A program made the position numbers and the translations under genes. From Lama glama (taxonomy: Eukaryota): a stretch of DNA of 64,000 nt. The notes beneath the pieces are model-generated. The model did no database searches, had not been told where the DNA came from, and saw only the letters and a list, made by a program, of their open reading frames with translations. Below, one piece after another: positions 38,130-51,150 of this stretch; position 1 is the stretch's first letter; the number at the start of each line of letters is the position of its first letter. The DNA lies in assembly GCA_028534125.1 (NCBI GenBank), contig CM052816.1:50842001-50906000 (forward strand). Direction: 5' to 3'.

Positions 38130-38719
38130 CTTCGCTTAGAAGAGATGTGGCATGCCCACATTTGTTCAGGAAAGGTCAAACTGTCCACAGTGTGGAAGTA
38201 AGGGATTCAAGCAGATGCAGATTGTTTAGACATCTGGCTTTATCGATGCTTTTTGAATTTTCTATATTCCTTGTCTCTGACAACTGATATTTCTGGAAAG
38301 CTGAATGCAAGCACAGGACTCCTGTTACTAAAATCATACCTGGAGACAAGTCTGGATTAGGAGGTTTGTTTCTTCAAGGGCATCATCCCAAGACCTGAAG
38401 GGCAATTGAGTGCATCACAAAGAAAACTCTCTGACTTCATTAACTGTCAACTTTGAAGTATAAGTATAAAGAGTAGAGAGAAAAAAACCCATGATACTCT
38501 CAACACAGGAGGCATCAAGATTAATGGTAGAGGATAATTTTTAAAGGAGGGATATCAGAGATTTACATTTCACCTCGCCATGATTTACAAGAGAAATGCC
38601 TCAGACTATTTTCAGCAACAACTGAACTGACAAGATTAGGAGATAAAGAAAGTGGAGATGGAGTGAGGGACTCTTTATTCCTGTAAGTAGGTGTCTTCTA
38701 ATGCTCCATCATAAACCAT

Positions 38720-38977
38720 ATCACATACCACAGACTAGCAACAGCCTGCGAGGAAGCAAATCCTACCAACAGCCAAGTGAGTGAGCTTGGAAGCTGAACT
38801 TTCCCAATGTGAGCCTTGAAGTGATAGTAGCTGAGACCTTGAATGCAGCCTGTGAGAGAACTGAACTAAATCATGGCTGACTCCTGACCTACAGAGATGG
38901 AGATAATAAATGCTGCTGTTTCAAGCCTTTAATTTGGGGGTAATTTGTTACACAGCAACACAGAACTCCAATAGACA
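38720..38977 (+). mobile_element. MLT1D/E/F-like LTR, 3' half
   Basis: 'aatcctaccaacagccaagtgagtgagcttggaagc...ctcctgacctacagaga...aataaatgctgctgtttcaagcc...gggtaatttgttacacagcaa'. Confidence 0.8.
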
Positions 38978-38989
38978 CTTCTACTTCCT

Positions 38990-39988
38990 GCCTAGTGTCT
39001 TCACCACACACCTCAACTCCAGCTGTCCCGCCAGCCGAGCCGTCAGCTTCTCACAGGTGTAAGCCAACAGCACCTTCCCTTCAGCTGCACTGTTTGTTTT
39101 GCACTTTGTGCCCCAAGCCTTCTGACACCATGGGTATGAGACTCCTGTGGGCACTTGCTCCCCATTACACATGTACACACCAATGTAGGAGAGGAAAAAT
39201 AATTTTCCCTGTACTCTTCAAGGTTCTGTGGCTGAGACACCCCCCCCACCATAATAAAAAAAAACAGATTAAGAGAAGAAAAGAAAATATGTTAATTAGT
39301 TGCAGCTCACAAAGATAGGAGATTCCAAAGGCTCCCAGATGATGGAGGTGTACAGACCATCCTGAGCTAAGGAGAGGGACAGGTCAGAGGCTTCAAGTAG
39401 GGGAAGGCAATTAATAGGAAGGAGAGAAGAGGAAAAGTTTGGTAATCAAACTTGCCTGCTCTGCAGACAAATCTCTCAGTGGAGAAAGTGAACTCCAGTA
39501 ATATCTCCCTTCCTAGTACAGGCTCTCATTATAAAGTAAATTTACCTGACAACAGGGGTGTTAGTACTCTTGTTTTCAGAGCTTCTTTTGTGTCTGTAAT
39601 TTCTCAGAATAAATCAGCTCAAAGTATTCCTGATGCCGAAGTGGCCTCTTTGGGGATAGCCAACTCTGCTACCCTTCACCTCGAAGTGCAAGGGAGTTAT
39701 TCCTTGTGGCCAATTCTAGACTAGTGTAGGAGAGAAGCCAGTAGAAACCCCTCTGCTGTTGCACAGATGGGCAGTTCTGACAGTCCACACAGACCCTCCG
39801 AAGGCCCCAGTGCCATGGAGCACAGTTGTTCACAGCAGTGACCAATTCAATTACGCTTCTTCATTGGCTTTCCCTCCTACCTGTTCACCTCTTCTCAGAG
39901 ACAAGTTATTTTGTCTAACCAATTACCTGCACCGAAGCTCTTATCTCAGGCTCTGTTATTGGTTGGGGAACGGGAACCCAAGCTAATG
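38990..39988 (+). mobile_element. LTR16-like ERVL LTR, split by a nested MER34-like LTR
   Basis: The two halves rejoin as 'acacaccaa|cctcgaagtgcaagggagtta'. It ends 'attacctgcacc...ctcaggctctg...gggaacccaagctaa'. Confidence 0.65.
39184..39678 (-). mobile_element. MER34/MER39-like ERV1 solo LTR
   Basis: TG...CA ends. 'tgtaggagaggaaaaataattttcc...cagattaagagaagaaaa...atcagctcaaagtattcctgatgccgaagtggcctcttttggggatagc'. Confidence 0.75.
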
Positions 39989-41217
39989 TACTTTGTCCCC
40001 TCTTAGTGTGGTATTACCAGGTCAAGGAGTTGCTAGAATATTGATGGTTCTGTTTCTTATATATTGACGAAGCAAATTTCTAGCATATTCCAGTAAACTT
40101 ATACTCCTTCTCTGGCTTGATATTGCATACCTCTCATCTCCTTTTTTTTTTATAGCATTTTCACCTCACAGGTACAAAACCTGTTCAGCCCAACATTCTC
40201 TCTGACAGACTTTGCTACAGCAGCATGTACATTCAGTCACAAGTCCAATACACTGTACTCTTGGATCAAAATGTAGTCGCCCAACTTGAAATGTTTGCAG
40301 TGCATCCACCTACTATGAACACTAATTGAGAACCCCTAGCAAATATATTTAAGTTAATTTCAGTGTGGGTTTGGCTCCCAGTAAATTTTTTTTGTTATTT
40401 TTACATAAGTATGAGTCAAAGAACACTTCTGATTACTGCCAGAATCATATCTGGACAACTGCACATAGACTCCAAGATATCCAGTCCATCTCAGACAGTT
40501 CCCCAAACAATACTGATTCCTGTAGAGTTTGTATAATGCCTGACAGCTTTCTGCAGAAAAGAAGGTCAAATCCCAGATCCTAACCCCATGGTCTGTGCCC
40601 TAGAATCCAGATAATATTTTTTTCAAAATCTGTCTGTCTGTGTGTATCTGTGTGTGAGAGAGAGCATTTTACAAGTGACCTTTCAAGAAATTCCACAGAT
40701 CTATTTAAGAAAAATGCAATGCCTCACTCAGAATTTCCTAATTTAGAAAGAAATTAGCTAGAAAATAATTTTCATTTAAAACCATTGGCACAATTTCCAG
40801 GAACAATAAAAGACTCTTAAATAAAATGTATTTATTCTTGGATTACATAGCTCTCTCTTTCCTTTCCTGATCTCATGCTGAGATGAAACTTCTAATTCTC
40901 TCTCTCAAGTCTGCTTAGTTTTTATCCCCCAAACCAAGTTGATTGGCTCTCCACTCCTACTTGGTTTTTATCCCAGGACTAATAAGGAATGAAAGCAGAG
41001 GGAGAATTGGAGAGATTTTCCAAACTAGTCTAAAGAGGCTATTGAAATTGCCTCTGAGCCTCTCAAGGCAACTTGGGGGCTTCTAAAGAATTTAAGTATA
41101 AATAAGCAATTTTCACATAGCAACAACCTTGCTGTGGAAACTAAATGAGACACACAACAGCTTGAGGTCATGTATAAATTTGTTCTTTTCCTACCTTTCT
41201 TTGGTCTTTGTCTAAAA

Positions 41218-41417
41218 GGGCAAACTCTTTCTTAAAGGGCCAGATACTAAATATGGCCTGTGAGCCATACAGTCTCTGTCACAACTGCTCAACTCTGTCC
41301 TTGTAGATTGAAAATAACCAGAGACAAATATGTAAACAAATGACTATAACTGTGTTCTAATAAAACTTTATTTACAAAAACAGGGCTAGCCTCCCAGCTG
41401 TATTTTTCCAACCCATG
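41218..41417. mobile_element. MER58A-like hAT-Charlie MITE
   Basis: 'ggcaaactctttcttaaagggccagatactaaata...tgtgttctaataaaactttatttacaaaaacagg'. Near-identical 8-bp flanks gtctaaaa (41210-41217) and gtctagaa (41418-41425). Confidence 0.85.
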
Positions 41418-42054
41418 GTCTAGAACAAGAAACTGAAAGAACTATGGAGTGAATTAACATCATTTTGTTTCTATGACATCCTTCTGTCCCAATGACTCAA
41501 TCACTATATTTTAGTTTTTTAAAATAAATGGAAAGAAGAGAGATGTCTTTGCAGTACATAAGGAAATAGGCACATCACTCTGAAAAACTTCCAGAACTGG
41601 AAACATAACTGAAAATAATACAAGGCTGTCTACATTGATGGATCATCCAAGTTCAGCCTCACAGTGTGTCCGCTGTGCTTTGAAAGTTCAAGAAAAATGC
41701 TGCTCTGTGTAATGGATAGTTTTGTCAAACATATAAATAAATATGCAAGTGGTGCATTGGCTCCTGAGGATAATAGCTAAATAAAACTTTCTAAAATAAG
41801 TCTCTCCTTGACCAAAAAGATATGTTCCAGTCTCACAGTCATCAGTATACTGTCATCCATCCCATAATACATAGCACAACTCAGGATGTCTGACGTGACA
41901 TTGATGGGCTGAGGTAACATTCTATTTCTCCCCTCACTGCCTCACCTAAGGTTTTGCAAAAGATCTTTGCAAGGTATGTGAACTCTGAAATCCCAAGTAG
42001 AAAGTGTTATACAAATTTTTCTCAGGAACATTACACAGATTTTTCTCAGGAGAA

Positions 42055-42545
42055 CGTTCATAACTATCAACAGCTTCTCACTGCCAGCAGATCTACTCTA
42101 CGAGAAATGTTAACAGAAGTTCACCAGGCAGAAGGCACATCAAATTAAACTAAAACTTGGATATACAAAAAGAAATAAAGAGCACCCAAGACTGGGAGAA
42201 AGTATCTGCCAGTTATCTATAGATAATTAACTTACATCCAGAATATATAAAGAACTCTCAAAACTCAAAAATTAAAAAAAAGCCAAAAACACACAACCTA
42301 AATTTAAAAATGGGATATGTTTCTGAACAGATCTTCACCAAAGAAGACACGTGGATGGTAAACATGAATGGTAAATAAGCATAAAAACGATGCTCAACAT
42401 CGGTAGTCATTAGGGAAATGTGAATTCAAACCACAATAAGATAGCAATGAAAAGAAAGACTCATACTAAGGAAAACTGGGTTAAGAGCTTTGACTATCAT
42501 TGTAAATCTTCTGTAAGTATAATATGATTTCAAAATAAAAAATTA
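42055..42545 (+). mobile_element. Old L1 fragments (L1MD-like)
   Basis: 'agactgggagaaagtatctgc...atccagaatatataaagaactctcaaaactcaa...cttcaccaaagaagacac...gatgctcaacatcggtagtcattagggaaatg'. Confidence 0.8.
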
Positions 42546-42691
42546 CAATAAAAGCATGGAACTATTTTCCATTGTTGAGACCACTAGCAAAAATCATGGT
42601 TACTAGAAGAGAGGACACCAGAAGAAAGAAGACATCTTTAGGAAGGTTAAAGACACACTTTGGCTAGGGAAGTCCCTTGTTAAGTGGTCCT

Positions 42692-43264
42692 TCAGGAAAA
42701 CCAGAATATGTCACCCTAAAATATCCATCTTTGACATAAAGATTATTTTAAGCTGAAGGCAACTAAATAGCAAAAGCAGGGAAAAAACAGAAAAACACCT
42801 CTCCCTTTTCTGCCTAAAGGCAGGATGTAAATTCTCCTTTTACTGGAGACAGACTTATCAGCCCAGAGGTGGCATCAGAGGAATCTACAAACAAACCTTA
42901 ATCCCTCAGTTTCCACCCCTATATTTACCTTCCCACAGTTTGTGCCCTTAGAAGTCTAAAATTGCCTTCCCCTGTCCTGTCAGTTCTCTATAAATTTAAT
43001 GTTTTTTTTTGTTGAAGATGCTATATAAGCTAGAATTCAAAGCTGACATTTTGAGCTACTTGTGGTTTAGGATTCTCCCATTATGCATGCTGTGTGCATT
43101 AAACATCAGCTATATCTGAAATATGTATAGTTACTGTGCAGGAATCACACCACAATGAAGGTGTTAAAAAATAAACTATTTGTTTTTCTCTTGTAAATGT
43201 CTTTTCGTTCAAAAGTCCCAGCTGACAACGTAAAATGGGCAGAAGTAAAGTTTGCCTTCCTTCA
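42692..43264 (+). mobile_element. MER34-like ERV1 solo LTR
   Basis: 'ccagaatatgtcaccctaaaatatccatctttgacataaagattattttaagctgaaggcaa...ctgcctaaaggcaggatgtaaatt...tttgtttttctcttgtaaatgtctttt'. Confidence 0.8.
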
Positions 43265-44714
43265 CTCACAGGGACTCAACGATGTCCTCGTGACTTTGGC
43301 TGATAGCACAAGTATGTATTCTGGGCAAGTAGAAACCTGCAAGCTTTGGCAATCACACCTGACTCCCCATGTGTGATCAAGTCTGGAGTGACAATTTTTC
43401 CTTAAGTTGTCCTGTTAACACCTCCTATATCACGAATTAGAGTACTGAGAGAAAAGAGAAGACAAGGAGTTTCCCAGGAAGTGAACTATCTGGTAAACAT
43501 AAGTGATCTCATTGTTGTTCAGTTCTGGTTTATTATAGTGTCCAATAATGAAACACATTTAAGTTTAAAAGTGGTCTATTTTGGTGGTGATTGAGCCTGT
43601 CTTAATGACTACTTCTACTTGCAGTTATGGACAATTTTCTCTTCCATTTAAGACAATTCTAAGACCCCACCAGGCAGAAGTTGATTTGTGGCTTCATGTA
43701 GATCTGGCTTCACTGATTGGGCCTGGGTATGCTCACCTCCTAAACATTATTATTCTTCAGTCTGAAGAGTCTTTTTAAGAAAAATTTAAAATGTTCAAGA
43801 ATAGTTTTAGATTCAGACGTTAACTAGTGCTTAAAATCCTTTTCAGGTGTGCTCACATATAACCACATAACATCTGGTGAATTTCTCAGAAAATGTTGGC
43901 CTATGTAGCCTTTGAATGCAGTTCATGATTCTATCAATTCAATTTAAAATAACCCAACATACGACTTATAATTTCCTCCACTCATCTCTACACGCAACCA
44001 CCTCTTAGGAAGCCAAATACAATCTTCTTTTTGGCTGATGAACCAAACATCAAAAACCATATTTCTGTACATGTATCAAGTAGAGACCTATGTGAAGAAG
44101 TTCTAGCAAGTGCTCCAAATAATACTTCTCTACCTGGAATAAATATGTAGATAAATCACTGTTTGCTTTGTTGAACTAATTAGACTATTTTTGTGGAGGC
44201 AAAAATTGGCTTTATTTTATTCTTTCTAAGTTAGTTACTGTAGCTCTGAATATGAAAATTATACCTGGAGAAATGACACTTTCCTTTTCATTACCCATTT
44301 TTCTCTGCACTCAGTGAACAGAGGCACCATCTCCATCATCAAGTTCTCAGAGGTATCCGTTGTCCTTCTTATCCTATTTAATTGGTTTAAAATGGAGGTT
44401 CCAGTGCTCCCCCTGCACATCAGTTTTGACTGTAATCAATCGCCAGCAGCTTCACTGCTACCAACAAGGAAAAGAGCCTCCATCCTCAGGGAGTCATTCC
44501 ACCACCAGCCCGGAAGAACATCTTGCACATCAAGTCACTTCCCTCCTCTGACCCCCAAATCCACTCTCAATTCCCTTTCCCATAAGAAGCACACTTTCAC
44601 AGGGTGATTCAGCCTTTGGTGAGTCATTTGTGTGTGAAGCAGACACTTTCAAAGGGATGAAGGAGAAAGAGCCGCCAATCAAGAGCAGGGGCCATAACTA
44701 CTTAGCTTATTGCC

Positions 44715-44840
44715 TGTTGTTTATTTTCCTGTTTCTTGCTTTGGAGTATAAGAATCTCAAGGGCAGGAATTATGTCTTGGTGTCATTGTATCTGACTCAG
44801 AATAAATGTTTGGTACATTTTTAAAAATAAATAAATTAAT
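44715..44840 (+). mobile_element. L2 3' end
   Basis: 'ggagtataagaatctcaagggcaggaattatgtcttgg...cattgtatc...aataaatgtttgg'. Confidence 0.65.
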
Positions 44841-45894
44841 AATAGTACTGTTTAATCTTTGCCACTAACAGCAATAAACAGAATTAAATAAATACCTAAC
44901 CAATAAAAGACAAACTAATTGGAGTTTATCTACACTGGGGATTAATAATAGTTTTGCTTCTTCAGGAAAATTCTCATTTTAAGACGTACATGTATTGTAC
45001 ATACATACATTTAGATATACAAGATATGTTATCTATACAAAAGAATCTAAAGTCCACCAATTTAAAAAAAAGGGGCAAGAAACCTAAAACTGAGAAAGTT
45101 TCAACTGCTTCTGATAAGCAAGGTCATTTTTAATGGGCTACATATTCCCTTTTTCAGTCTGCACTTTGGTTATGATGAGCTTGGCTTTTAGTCTTGAAAC
45201 AAAGCAAAACTGACAGTCTTTAAACGTAATTATTGACTTAAACAGGGGCATCCTGATCTTTGAAAGAAAGAAATGAACTCACAAGCAGTGGTGAACCACC
45301 ATTCGGTACTGTGCTGGGGAGTCAGAAAAACAGAACCTAAATGCTAAAGATCTCCATCATAAGTATCATTGGCTTTATCTGGAAACCTATTATCCAGCTA
45401 CCAAACACCTAGTGAACAAGTTAACATCTCTGTGATATGTGCAGTTCCTTAAACTGCCTGTTATCCTGGAGAGTACATTTTCACTTGGCTTCCTTACTGG
45501 ACAGTCAGAGAAGAAAGAATAATACCAAGAACTCCACAGCTGCTTCTGCATAAGGCAGAGGTTTTCCATCCATACTGTAGTATTTGGCCCCCAAATCACT
45601 TTTTACACTCCACAGTGCGTGTCTGCACAGCAAGGAAGGAAAGGGAGTTGGAACCACATGGGGCCACATGAGAAATGGAATTGCTTCTCTTGGCGTTAAG
45701 TGCTAGGCAATCTATAAAACTACTCCCTGGGACACATCAGCCATTCTTTATTGACTTCAAATGATCTTAAGGCTGGAACAGTCCAAGTCAAGGTGGATGT
45801 TCTTGACATCTCGACATCTAGGCCCAGTCCAGGAGCTGCCTTTGAAGGAACTCCTGGGGCACCCTGATTTCCCTTCCCCATAAGAGACACTGGG

Positions 45895-46145
45895 AGGACA
45901 GTATAATGTAGTGATTAATAGCTTTGAGGTTAGGCAGACTTCAATTTAAATATCAGTTCTGCCACTATCTAACTTGTCCAGAAGCTTCTCTGAGCCCCAG
46001 GTTTTATCTATAAAATGACAGTATTGACACTTATTGACACTTACCTTCTTGGCTTACTCAGGGGATAAACAGAATAAAAGAACCAAAAAACAAAGCCAGC
46101 ACACCCACAGTAAGCACTGTTGAACAGTAGCCATAACTACAATTC
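45895..46145 (+). mobile_element. MIR SINE
   Basis: 'gacagtataatgtagtgattaatagctttgaggttaggcagac...cagttctgccact...tctctgagccccaggttttatctataaaatg'. Confidence 0.8.
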
Positions 46146-46554
46146 TCTTCTCTTTCTCTCTTAATGTTTCTCCCTGTTCCTTTTCCTCCCTCCTCCCTCT
46201 CCCTTTCCATGTCTACCCTGCCTCTGCCTTAGGCTTGCCAGAGACATCTGAGACCCACTGCCTCTGCACAGGTAGCCCCTTTGTCTACAGACCCACTAGC
46301 TCTCAGTCAAGACTGTCAGGGTCTCTACCACAGGATGGCTTTTGTCAACTTGTCAACATGACCCAAGGGCTTTTGCTTGTTTAAAGTGCCCTCCTTTCTA
46401 CTGTTAATTGAAGTTTGCTCTTTACCAATTATATTTTCTTAAACAATTTACTTACTTCAATGAAGGTCATTTTGCCACCCTCAAGGCCATCCAAATAATG
46501 GGATGCTGAAAATTAGAGAGCTGTAACTTTTTGGCTGATATTAAATTTTTTCAT

Positions 46555-47480
46555 TTTATTTTTTAACTTTTTATTTGAAAATAATGGTAACACGTACAGA
46601 AAAGTTTCAACATGTGTATATCCTTTAGCCAGATTCACCTAATTGGTAACATTTTTGTACCACTAACTTTATCATTTGTCTCTCTCTCTTTTTTTTTAAT
46701 ATAGACACACTATGGTTTGAATGTTGATATTCCCACCAAATACAAAAGCTGAAATTCAAATCCCCAAGTGATGATATTAGAGCGTGGGGTCTTTGGAAGG
46801 TGATTAGGTCATGAGGGTAGAACCCTCAAAATGAGGATTAGTGGCCTTTAAAAAAAGAAGTCCAGTAAAACTCCCTTGCTCCTTACACTGTATATGCGAT
46901 TAAAGTGAGAAGACAGCCCTCACCAGACACCGAATATGCCAGTGCCATGTCTTGGACTCCCCAGCCTCCAAAACTGAGAGAAAAAAATGTTTGTTGTTTA
47001 TAAATCAGCCAGTTTATAGCATTTTTGTTACAGGAGCCCAATAGACTAAGACTATATATGTATATATATGTGTGTGTGTGTGTTTATATGTGTGCATATT
47101 TATATATATGTATATGTTTATACATAATACCATTTTATGTATAACAAGAGATACATTATTGTTCTAAATGATTTGAAAGTAAACTGCATATATCTTGAGT
47201 CTTTAACTCTGAACACTTTAGTGTATATTTCCAGAGAATAAGGATATATTCTTACATGGTCACAGTACAATTATAAACTGTACTCTAATTATATGTCACC
47301 GCTACAATCCTTTACATCTACTATCCTTATTCCACTTTTCTTGATTGACCCAAAAGTCCTCCATAGCATGTTTTTTCTTCCACTGTAGGATGCAGTCTAG
47401 TGTCTGGTATTGCCTTAGTTATCCTATCTCTTAATCTTCTTTACTCTGGAACATTTCCATAGCCCCAAAGCCTTCATTTT
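46555..47480 (-). mobile_element. L1MC5/L1ME-like 3' end interrupted by an MLT1A LTR
   Basis: 'ttttatttgaaaataat...acagaaaagtt...ccagattcacc' before the LTR and 'acactttagtgtatatttccagagaataaggatatattcttacat' after it. Confidence 0.7.
46708..47052 (+). mobile_element. MLT1A0-like MaLR solo LTR
   Basis: 'ctatggtttgaatgtt...ggtgattaggtcatgagggtagaaccctc...ccctcaccagacaccgaatatgccagtgcc...ccagcctccaaaactgagag...gactaagac'. Confidence 0.9.
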
Positions 47481-48287
47481 TATAGCAATGCATTCCTCTT
47501 CCCATGACAGGCCTCACAAACTCAGATTACACATTGACGAATAATGTCTCCTCTCCTCAACCTCCCTCCAAACCTAAGAATGTTTAACAGATGCGTGATT
47601 TCAATTCTCGATTATTATTTTGTTCCATGGTATCTATTTGGAAAATGAAAGAAATAAAGCTAAAAATTCCTTGGTCGTATTATTTTGCATCCCGGAGATA
47701 AAGATAATGAGCCATTTTATGGAGCCTATGAACTGATAGAAACTCATTAGGAATGGTATCACTTAGCATATTCCTTTATAAGTTTAAAGTTTTAATGAAC
47801 ACTTTTCTGATATTCATTATTTTTCAGCAGTCTTTTTAGGAAAAATTTTAAAGAGTGGTGTCCATGTCACTGTAAATGTACTTCACTTGCGTTCCTTCTT
47901 TTAAAAAAATCAGATGTACTCTGATAAAACAACTACTATGGTCAATAAAGAAATTCAGTTGCCAAAGAAATCAAAGATGTTCAAAATCGAGAGCACCATT
48001 TTTGTTTTCTATATAACTCATGAAACAGGCTAAATAACTAATGAAAGCTGCCTTGTTGGGTCTTTCTCTGGAGGAAAGTCTTCTGATAAGAAATGCTAAG
48101 CGTATGTTCCCTCCTCTAACATCCAACTCTTTTTCTCACTCCCTCCTCCTCCTTCAGTACTCGAACAAAGGCCACACAATCTGCACTGAGGCCTTGAAGG
48201 CAGGATTCCGGGCCACATTTCAAACCAATGACTCTGGCCTATCCTCCTCATGATTACCCTGGAATTCCTGCTCTTAGTGGCCTACTC

Positions 48288-48378
48288 TTTTTTTTTTTTT
48301 TAATGGAGGTACTGAGGATTGAACCCAAGACTTCATGCATGCTAAGCATGCTCCCTATCACTGAACTATATCTTCCCC
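48288..48378 (-). mobile_element. Camelid tRNA-Ala-derived SINE (vic-1 type)
   Basis: The minus strand reads ggggaagatatagttcagtgatagggagcatgcttagcatgcatgaagtcttgggttcaatcctcagtacctccatt(A)14: a tRNA-Ala(AGC)-like body with A/B boxes and a poly-A tail. Decayed TSD agtggcctactc / agtgagttactc. Confidence 0.85.
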
Positions 48379-48689
48379 GCCAAGTGAGTTACTCGTAACG
48401 AAGACCTGCCTAATTGTTCCATGTGCTAACTTGGACAGGAGCCTGAGAAAAAGAGCTCATGGCTTATAAATGTGAATGTAAACTTAAACAGGCTAGTGAA
48501 ACTCAGAACACATTCTCAGTACCACCCAGATTGCAAACACAGATTTAGAGTTCCCATCAAAAACAGTATTTTGCCATGACCTAAGATTTTTGGTTGCACT
48601 GGCTGCACACAAATGTTTAAGGGAGATGCCACCTTTGATGTGTGCTATCTAGTTAGGTAAATGTCTTCTCTTCCTATGGTCTGAGTGTA

Positions 48690-48875
48690 CTAGCCAACAC
48701 TTATTAATGCTACTAACCTGTGTCAGCCAATATTCCAAGAATGTTTCACATGGATGAAGCCTTTCAGTGCTTACAACAACCCTACAAAGTAGGTAATATC
48801 ATTATCCTCATTATAGAGATGAGGAAACAGACACAGAGAAGTTGAGTAACTTGCCCTAAAATCACACAGCAGTTA
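48690..48875 (-). mobile_element. MIR SINE
   Basis: 'acaacaaccctacaaagtaggtaatatcattatcctcattatagagatgaggaaacagacacagagaagttgagtaacttgccc'. Confidence 0.85.
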
Positions 48876-48908
48876 AGTTTAATGTCTCTAAAACTTTTCA
48901 GTGGAAAG

Positions 48909-49255
48909 TGCTATGGATTAAATGTTTGTGTTCTGCCCCTCCAATTCATATGTTGAAGCCGTAACTCCCAGTATGGTGGTATTTGGAGATGGAGCCTTTG
49001 TGAAGTAATTGGGTTTGGATACGGTCAGGGGGTAGAGCCCTCATGATGGGATTGGTGCCTTTTTAAAGGGGATGATGGAACCAGAGCTCTGCCACGTGAA
49101 CATGGGAGAAAGCAGCTGTCTGTAAACCAGGAGGATTCCCATTAAGAACCCGACCACAATGGAGCGCTAACCTCCAACTCTAAGAAACAAAAACTTTCTG
49201 TTTAAGCCACACAGTCTATGGTAGTCTGTTATAGCAGCTTCAGCTGACTAAGATG
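48909..49255 (+). mobile_element. MLT1A-like MaLR solo LTR
   Basis: 'tgctatggattaaatgtttgtg...ttcatatgttgaagcc...gagccctcatgatgggatt...tttaagccacacagtctatggta...gactaaga'. Flanks gaaag / gaagg. Confidence 0.9.
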
Positions 49256-49639
49256 GAAGGTAAATATCAAATACATTAGTCTCTCCAGGTATAGACATAG
49301 AGCTTAAAAGAACTCCGCTACAGACTCCCAGACAGCAGGCTCTCAGTAAGAATCCTGATAGAAATTAACAATATCTCCCTCTACATATAATTCTTACTGT
49401 TATTTTGAGGCTCTGTGAATGTGGCTAAAGGAAAGATGAAAGGATACTAGGAGTAGGTGAGATCCTCATTTGACAAAAGGAATGCTGATGGCTACAGGTA
49501 CAAAGTGCCATGCCTGTCAGCATTTGCTAGGTTTTTTAAAAAAAATTTCTCCTTTGAGTGGACCAGATATCAAGTGGAATCATCATCGCTGAGTCTTTGA
49601 TATTCTTCGCTTTCCCTTTAAAGTTATTCCCATTGCATT

Positions 49640-50288
49640 GTTTTTTCTTCCAGTTTTATTGCGATAAACTTACAAAGTGCTGTGTCAGTTTTCAGGTTTA
49701 CAGAATAATGATTTGATTTACACTACATCATGAAACGATTATCCTAGTTAACTTTGGTAAGCACCTACTATCTCACAGATACAAGATAAAAAGAAAAAAA
49801 TATTTTTCCTTAGGATGAGAAGTTAACAGTTTCACACATAACGTACAGCAGTGTCCATTACACTTATGATGTTGTATATTACAATCCTAGTACTTATTTA
49901 TCTTATAACTGGAGGGTTGTACTTTTTGATTGCCTTCAGCCAATTCCCCCTACCCTCCCCTCCACATCCGTTAGCTACAAATCTAATCTCCTTTTCTGTG
50001 AGTTTGCTGGTTGATTTGTTTTTGACGTATAATTGACCTATGACACTATATTAGTTCCTGTTATACCAGATATTGATTCGTTATTTCTATACATTTCAAA
50101 ATGATCACTACGGTAAGTCTAGTTGTCATTTATCTCCATATAAAGATATTACATGATTATTGTCTATATTCTCCACACTATCCATTTCATGACTGACTCA
50201 TCTATTCTATAACTAGAAGCTTATACCTCTTCATCTCCCTCGTCTTTTTCTCTCCTCAGCCTGCCCCCCTCCCCTTTGGCAACCTTTG
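49640..50288 (-). mobile_element. Laurasiatherian-type L1 3' UTR (L1MA9-related) with TSD
   Basis: Antisense L1 3' UTR. TSD ccattgcatt at 49630-49639 and 50289-50298. Confidence 0.8.
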
Positions 50289-50962
50289 CCATTGCATTTT
50301 TACCTAACCTTTCAGCATTCCTCAAGAAATTTCCTAAGAAATATGATTGGAGAAGCAGAAAGGAAAACTAAGAACCTTATAATACCCTTATATTGTTCTT
50401 AAATTAAGTTTTTAATGCTTAGAGTCAGTGAGTTTCGCAAGGCCTTGTGGCAGTTCTTTAAATTTTTTGACATTTGTAATTGGTGGGATAGGAGGTTTTC
50501 TACTTATAAAAGTAGCAGTTGTTTTTTTTAACACCTACAAGCATAGCCAATGAACTAAGTAAGCACTGATTGAAGTAGAAATGGAGACTTCAAAACTTAC
50601 AGCCTAGATATGCCCCTGGGCTTCCCCCCCCCCCCCCGGATTTCAGTTTTTTTCCTCAGAACTTGAACCATTGTTTCAATGTCAGAAGTTTTGTATAGAT
50701 TTCTATTCTCTTGTTAAAAACCCAGACTAAGACAACTCCAGAGCAACATCATCCTTCTGGTGACAGTCAAGTTAAGCTGAATAATGGCTGTGTCCTAGTA
50801 AAACAAACAAAGCTTCTCTTGTCCAGTTAGAAAGGCCAGCGCTGCTGCTGAGCTTGGTGTGGGAGGTGGGAAAGGCAGCAAGCAGGCCTCTGTGATGTAA
50901 TTTATCTGAACAGTGAACTTGGGAGTAAAGAAGCTTACAAGAGCAGGGAATAAAAACAAACC

Positions 50963-51150
50963 ACTCATCACGAGAAAAACATTTTTTTCTATTTCCTTAA
51001 TGCTGTATCTCTATGAGATGACAGATGTTTACTAAACTTCTTGAGATAATCATCTCATGATGTATAGAAGTCAAATCATTAACCTGTACACCTTAAACTT
51101 ATACAATGTGTTTGTCAATTATATCTCAATAAATCTAGGGAAAAAAAAAA
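50963..51150 (+). mobile_element. L1MA-type 3' end
   Basis: 'tatgagatgacagatgtttactaaac...ctgtacaccttaaacttatacaatg...gtcaattatatctcaataaa' plus poly-A. Confidence 0.85.

Noticed and set aside
42006..42050. Imperfect 24-bp tandem duplication (and 10-bp and 8-bp doublets at 46022 and 46342)
   Set aside because: Ordinary local slippage with no further structure.
48305..48378. tRNA-Ala gene
   Set aside because: Multiple stem and box substitutions plus a poly-A tail and a decayed TSD show it is a SINE copy.
46708..49255. Two same-strand MLT1A-like LTRs as the ends of one MaLR provirus
   Set aside because: The LTRs differ substantially, the first is nested in an L1 that continues on both sides, and the intervening DNA is L1, MIR, SINE and unique sequence rather than MaLR internal sequence.
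50624..50637. C14 homopolymer (possible G-quadruplex on the minus strand)
   Set aside because: A simple mononucleotide run with no other supporting context.
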